Origin: an uncultured Deferribacteres bacterium
Lineage (GTDB): Bacteria > Zhuqueibacterota > Zhuqueibacteria > Zhuqueibacterales > Geothermadaptataceae
NCBI GenBank assembly: GCA_964014485.1
Contig: CAXHAT010000091.1
Coordinates: 1-29,334, forward strand
Direction of reading: 5' to 3'
Length of the DNA stretch: 29,334 nt
Positions within the stretch are counted from its first letter, which is position 1, and each line of letters begins with the position of its first letter. Below the pieces are notes generated by a model. It was not told the origin of the DNA. It was given only the letters and a program-made list of their open reading frames with translations, and did not search any database. Made by a program: the position numbers and the translations under genes. Of the stretch, positions 24,745 through 29,334 are shown piece by piece.

Positions 24745-25653
24745 TCATTGGTTAGCCGCCAATTCTTCTTCATCTAGTTTCTCTCCCACAACAGATTCCA
24801 TAAAATACATGTATGCGTCTTCCAGGTTCGGTGCGGCGGGCTCAAATTGAAAATCACCGTCCGGTTCGCCCACGACGCGGAGCAAAAGCTTTTTACCGTC
24901 CGGGATCGTGGAAATCACCTGAACTCTTCGCGTAATCTTCGAAAAATCGCTTTCGTCAATGCGGACGTGCCAGACTTTGTCTTCCGCCTCATCAATAAGC
25001 TTATGCGGCGCGCCGTTAAAAACAACGCTGCCCTTGGCGATAACGGCCAAATCTTCACAAGTGCTCGAAATATCGCCGACAATGTGCGTGCTGAGAATGA
25101 TGATCTTATCGCGGCTGATGTCCGCCAGCAAATTCCGAAATCGGATGCGTTCTTCCGGATCGAGTCCTGTCGTCGGTTCGTCGACGATCAGCAGATCCGG
25201 CTCGCCAATCATCGCTTGCGCAATACCAAGCCTGCGCAGCATGCCGCCGGAGTAGGTTTTTGCTTTTCGGTCGCGAACTTGCGCCAGAGCAACGCTTTCA
25301 AGCGTTCTTAATACTGTCTCGCGGAGTTTTTTTCCTGAAAAGCCGTTGAGCTTCGCAATGTACGTTAAGAATTCAGCGCCGGTCAATTGCGGATAAACGC
25401 CAAAAAATTGCGGCAAATAACCAAGAGACGAACGAACGGCCTTGCGATGCTTCCGAATTTCCTTGCCGTTAAAATGAACGTCTCCGGAACTCGGTTCTTC
25501 AAGCGTCGCCAGGATTTTCATGAGGGTGCTTTTTCCTGCGCCGTTGGGTCCAAGAAGGCCAAACATTCCGGAATTTATGTTCAGGGTCAGGTCGTTCAGA
25601 GCACGAACGCCGCCGGGATAGACTTTAGAGAGAGCATGAATGTTGATTTCCAT
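24745..25653 (-). CDS. ABC transporter ATP-binding protein (ABC-2/CcmA-like)
   Basis: GPNGAGKST, GYLPQ, YSGGM, IVDEPTTGLDP, STH and PNLEDAY. Confidence 0.95.
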   Translation of the reverse strand: MEINIHALSKVYPGGVRALNDLTLNINSGMFGLLGPNGAGKSTLMKILATLEEPSSGDVHFNGKEIRKHRKAVRSSLGYLPQFFGVYPQLTGAEFLTYIAKLNGFSGKKLRETVLRTLESVALAQVRDRKAKTYSGGMLRRLGIAQAMIGEPDLLIVDEPTTGLDPEERIRFRNLLADISRDKIIILSTHIVGDISSTCEDLAVIAKGSVVFNGAPHKLIDEAEDKVWHVRIDESDFSKITRRVQVISTIPDGKKLLLRVVGEPDGDFQFEPAAPNLEDAYMYFMESVVGEKLDEEELAANQ

Positions 25654-25691
25654 TCGTCGTACTACTTAATGCAAATCGCGATGTTTCGTTC

Positions 25692-25720
25692 AAAGTAACG
25701 AAAGCGGCAAAAATGTGCAA
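25692..25720 (-). promoter_or_regulatory. Sigma70-type promoter of the transport operon
   Basis: TTGCAC (25720-25715) - 17 nt - TACTTT (25697-25692), ~40 nt upstream of ATG 25653. Confidence 0.55.
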
Positions 25721-25774
25721 CCAAGCCGAGATCAGCGGCGCACTTTCTATTTTGAGCACTTTTGAACAAAAAGG

Positions 25775-25828
25775 TTGCATAAAAGCGAAACTTTATTAAA
25801 CTACGTGAGTAGTATTACTTTCGTAGTT
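25775..25828 (+). promoter_or_regulatory. Putative blaI promoter overlapped by a double BlaI/CopY-type operator
   Basis: TTGCAT - 16 nt - TAAACT. Tandem boxes ACTAC-gtga-GTAGT (25800-25813) and ATTAC-tttc-GTAGT (25814-25827), both TAC-N4-GTA like the TACA-NN-TGTA consensus. Confidence 0.7.
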
Positions 25829-25885
25829 CGAAACTGAAACGGCACATTTTGGAATAAGATCAGGCTCTTCAAGCCCGAGGTCAGC

Positions 25886-26275
25886 ATGAAAAACGAAATT
25901 CAACTCAGCGATTTACAAACGGCGGTTATGCGCGTCATTTGGTCTTCCGGAGAAGCCACCGCCGCCAAAGTGCATCAGGAATTGCTTGAGGCGCGCGGCC
26001 TTGCTTTCACAACAGTGGCGACCACTTTGAAAAGAATGGAAAATCGCGGCTTGATCGATCATCGCACGGAAGGGAGACAATTTATTTACCGCCCATTAGT
26101 CAGCGAAAAAGACGTGCGCGTTTCGATGGTTTCCGGCCTGATCGACAGGCTGTTTAAGGGGGATTCCGCCGAGTTGGTTAATCACTTGATCACGGAAAAA
26201 CAGATCAACAACGATGACCTAGAAAAGGTCAAAGCCTTGATCGCTTCAGCGGAAAAACGGGAGAGCGGAAAATGA
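25886..26275 (+). CDS. BlaI/MecI/CopY-family transcriptional repressor
   Basis: LSDLQTAVMRVIW, LAFTTVATTLKRMENRG, GRQFIYRP and IDRLFKG. Confidence 0.93.
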   Translation: MKNEIQLSDLQTAVMRVIWSSGEATAAKVHQELLEARGLAFTTVATTLKRMENRGLIDHRTEGRQFIYRPLVSEKDVRVSMVSGLIDRLFKGDSAELVNHLITEKQINNDDLEKVKALIASAEKRESGK

Positions 26276-27972
26276 TTGCCGAATTCTTACAATCCAATTT
26301 ACTTCAAAATCTTGCCTTTTTTCTCGCGACCTATCTTTTGCACAGCACATTGATGCTTGGCGGCGTTCTGCTCGCCGTTCGTTTCCGTCTACTACAATCC
26401 AATGGTCTAAAAGACCTTCTGCTCAAAACCGCGCTTGTCGGCAGCTTTGTCACAGCCGTTTTCCAATTTACACTTGGCACGAACTCCATCCTTGGAAAAT
26501 GGGAAATGAGTTTGTTGAACCCGATGCAGCAAGACGAGACGGAGCTCATTGTTGAAATGGAAGGCGAAGCCGAGCATGTAGTCAACGGCGAACCGAGCTT
26601 CGTCCCGTCACCAACTTCTTCGCCGATTATCTGGGTTCAGGTCGATTCCGTCAAAAAGAAAATCGCCAAAACCGCCGACCCTGTCGTGATCGTCAATGCA
26701 ATCCCTGGATCCCAAACTTTAAAAGCGACAGCCAATGCCAACGTTTCAGCAGCGATCAGCGCCGCCTTGCTCCTCTGGTTTCTCGGCGTACTCATGCTCT
26801 TTCTCCGGCGCACGCGGCGCAAAAATTTATTCAGCGGACAGTTGCTTGAACGCCGCGAAATCGTGCGTGGCGCTTTACCGCAATTTCTGCTTCGGGTCTG
26901 CGACCGCAACAAAATTTTTAAGAACATTCGTTTGACCTCTTCCGCAAAAATCACCAGCCCGATCGCTGTGAACATGCGCGAAATTTGTTTTCCTGAACAG
27001 GCATTCGAGAAACTGGAAACTGCTCAACAGCAAAGCATGCTGGCGCACGAAATTGCGCATATTGTCCGACGCGACCCGGTTTGGATTCAAATCTACGCTT
27101 TCTTTGAAATCGCGTTGTTTTTTCAGCCCCTGAACCGCATCGCAAGGCGCGAATGGCAGGAGACGGCGGAATTCCTGTGCGATGACTGGGCGGTGCGCGC
27201 CACAGGAGAATCGCTCAACCTTGCCAAATGTCTCGCCGAAGTCGCTTCCTGGCTCAAAAATCAGCCGCTGGCCGTTCCGGTCGCGGGCATGGCTGAATTA
27301 CGTTCGCCGCTTATTCGGCGTGTACAACGTCTTCTCAACAACACGTCCGGCGGTGTTAAAGACTTGCCCAAACCGATGCGTTTGATCTTATCGGCGGGGT
27401 TGATTTTGCTAGGTTTCGGGTTCGCCCCCAGCTTGACAAAATCACCCGAATCCGTCCAAGGAGAAGACCGCAAGCTCAGACGCAGCACTGTAGTCGATAC
27501 GCATGACGACGTCAGGTACAAAATCCAGATAGATTGGGACGAAACCTTCGAAGATCGTGCGCTCAAATATAAAGCGCGGGGCAAGTTCGTTTTTAGCGAA
27601 GATGATCGCGAGATCGCTTCAATTTCACGCGGCGGATTTTTGCGGCTGGAAGAAGAACGCAGCGGTGTACATCGGAGCATTGAAGTGCGTCCTGGAAATG
27701 GGCAGAATTTGGATTTTAAGTATTTTAAAAACAAGGCTCGCGCCGAATTCGATGATGCGGCGAAAATATGGTATCAAGCCATGCTGCTGGAATTTATTCG
27801 CGAAGCCAATATTCATGGCGCACATATCCGCGCGAAAAGGATTTTTGAGCGCGAAGGACTCGATGCGCTAAAGCAAGAAATCGAGAGCATTCGGCAAGTG
27901 AAGCTCAAAGAATCCTACCTGCGCGAACTTGACAAAATCATGAAAAACAATTTGGAGCAACCGGAAAATTGA
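26272..27972 (+). CDS. BlaR1/MecR1-type M56 membrane metallopeptidase with a non-PBP C-terminal domain
   Basis: LAHEIAHIVRRD, FFQPL and EFLCDDWA. ATGA overlap with the repressor. Confidence 0.9.
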   Translation: MIAEFLQSNLLQNLAFFLATYLLHSTLMLGGVLLAVRFRLLQSNGLKDLLLKTALVGSFVTAVFQFTLGTNSILGKWEMSLLNPMQQDETELIVEMEGEAEHVVNGEPSFVPSPTSSPIIWVQVDSVKKKIAKTADPVVIVNAIPGSQTLKATANANVSAAISAALLLWFLGVLMLFLRRTRRKNLFSGQLLERREIVRGALPQFLLRVCDRNKIFKNIRLTSSAKITSPIAVNMREICFPEQAFEKLETAQQQSMLAHEIAHIVRRDPVWIQIYAFFEIALFFQPLNRIARREWQETAEFLCDDWAVRATGESLNLAKCLAEVASWLKNQPLAVPVAGMAELRSPLIRRVQRLLNNTSGGVKDLPKPMRLILSAGLILLGFGFAPSLTKSPESVQGEDRKLRRSTVVDTHDDVRYKIQIDWDETFEDRALKYKARGKFVFSEDDREIASISRGGFLRLEEERSGVHRSIEVRPGNGQNLDFKYFKNKARAEFDDAAKIWYQAMLLEFIREANIHGAHIRAKRIFEREGLDALKQEIESIRQVKLKESYLRELDKIMKNNLEQPEN

Positions 27973-28017
27973 ACTGCTAACTGATGTGGTACAGCTACGA
28001 AAGTTACGAGGTAACTC

Positions 28018-28965
28018 ATGTTCATCGAGAAAATTTCAAACACCGGCCTAGCCCAAAAACCTACTCGCTTATTGTCGGCGGCCATCAAAACGCACCGATT
28101 CTGGGGGTGTGTGATGGTGAGTACACTGCTTCTATCCGCCGCGCCCGGTTATACTCGCGTCACCGCAGCCAACTCGCTGAATACGCAAGACTCGATTCGT
28201 ATTCCGTTCGAAATTGAACGCAGCCGAATCTTTATTGAAGCGATGGTGAACGATAGAGGACCGTTCAGGTTTATGGTTGACACAGGAGCGTCAGGTATTG
28301 GTCGCGCGGATGTGCGACTGGTTAAACAGCTTCAACTGAAACAGAGTGGCAGTGCGAGCAATTCAGACGGCGTAAATACCGCTACTGTACCGCTTGTTCA
28401 CCTCGAGTCGCTCAAAATTGGCCGCCTTGTTCAGGAAAACGTTGATGTTATGTCCCGAGATTATAATCGAAACGCGACGAGCGACACAAAGCTGCGAATG
28501 GGAATCATTGGTCGTGATTTTTTCATCGATTGGTTGCTCACAATCAACTATACCAACAGAGAGCTGCTTCTTTCGCGCGGCTCACTAAAGTCTTCCGGTC
28601 AAAATATCGTCAGCTTCGAGCGGCCGATTGTCATCCCAATAGTTTTGGGCGATTATCCATCAGAAGGATTCGTTGATACAGGATCTACCGTAGAAATGCA
28701 TCTTCCTCTGGAATGGGCAAAAAAGCTGGGAGTCCGCGAACTTGTGGAAGCTGGCGAGGCTCGAAGAGCCAATACCGTATTTAAGATGTACACATGCTTA
28801 ATACCGGTGCAGATCGAGATTGCCGGGAACAAAATTAAACAAGTAAACGCTCATTTTTCAGAGCGGGCCAACCGCATCAACATTGGAGGCCGATTGCTTG
28901 CTAACAATGGTTTCATCTTGACCCTTGACCAGAAAGAACAATTGATCGATTTTCGACTGCCTTAA
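28018..28965 (+). CDS. Two-domain retropepsin-like aspartyl protease, probably secreted
   Basis: FMVDTGAS...GIIGRDFF and GFVDTGS...NIGGRLL. Hydrophobic N-terminal stretch; GAGG RBS. Confidence 0.85.
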   Translation: MFIEKISNTGLAQKPTRLLSAAIKTHRFWGCVMVSTLLLSAAPGYTRVTAANSLNTQDSIRIPFEIERSRIFIEAMVNDRGPFRFMVDTGASGIGRADVRLVKQLQLKQSGSASNSDGVNTATVPLVHLESLKIGRLVQENVDVMSRDYNRNATSDTKLRMGIIGRDFFIDWLLTINYTNRELLLSRGSLKSSGQNIVSFERPIVIPIVLGDYPSEGFVDTGSTVEMHLPLEWAKKLGVRELVEAGEARRANTVFKMYTCLIPVQIEIAGNKIKQVNAHFSERANRINIGGRLLANNGFILTLDQKEQLIDFRLP

Positions 28966-29334
28966 TACCAGGGCGCGGGCCAATTCGCACTGACGGCAAA
29001 AAGCTGGCTGCGGATGGAATGTTCACGTCACGCGGTCGTTCTCCGCAGCACAACCCGCCATTATTCGGCTCTTGTTGAAATTGGAGTGTAAGGCTTGGCT
29101 TGCCATTCCGTTGCGAGTTTTCTCAAACTTTTCGTTAAGCATTCTGAATTTGCCGTTTTTTTTGCGGGCTGAGAGCGCGAGGCAAAGCAAACTTTGCGCT
29201 CCTTGGCCTTTAATCATCTCATGATTCCGGAAACCGTAGTCACGAGTAATATTCTAAAATTACACTTCAAAAAATATTTGAGCCGACATTCCGCACGTCA
29301 ATTGTCGCATTTGAAATCATTTGTTGAAAGAGCG

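Noticed and set aside
8396..25698. Numerous + strand and alternate-frame ORFs of 60-276 aa within the transport genes
   Set aside because: Fully nested shadows of long, motif-bearing minus-strand genes with no recognisable domains.
28002..28016. Palindrome AGTTAC-GAG-GTAACT over the protease RBS as a third BlaI box
   Set aside because: Spacing is TAC-N3-GTA rather than N4, and it is short enough to arise by chance.
28966..29334. ORF 29023-29217(-) and other short frames at the right end
   Set aside because: No motif, RBS or homology cue; cannot be supported from the sequence alone.

Overview
Bacterial chromosomal window of about 50% GC; gene content suggests an FCB-superphylum, KSB1-like lineage, but that is low-confidence inference. 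The left end holds a partial secreted PQQ-repeat beta-propeller gene that the ORF track missed. Its frame is interrupted by one in-frame TGA followed by a bacterial SECIS-like hairpin, making it a candidate selenoprotein. Next come housekeeping genes: a fadD-like acyl-CoA ligase, an HD protein, a cold-shock protein, a hypothetical, xerD, birA and coaX. The core is a ~17 kb minus-strand envelope-transport cluster: an ABC ATPase; an ABC-2 permease fused to a catalytically dead M1 peptidase-like domain and a golvesin-like domain; TolC; a lipoprotein adaptor; an RND permease; and a 1642-aa RND permease-ABC ATPase fusion whose ATPase domain is split by a ~255-aa membrane insert. This looks like a hybrid ABC/RND machine. 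It is divergent from a BlaI/BlaR1(M56)-type regulator pair with a double TAC-N4-GTA operator and a downstream aspartyl protease. The cluster is interrupted and followed by stacks of toxin-antitoxin cassettes (MNT-HEPN, VapBC-like, two DUF433/DUF5615 units, remnants). One stack is bracketed by a 129-bp duplicate of the fusion gene's 3' end. Two intergenic palindromic elements are also present. No rRNA, tRNA, CRISPR array or transposase was recognised.
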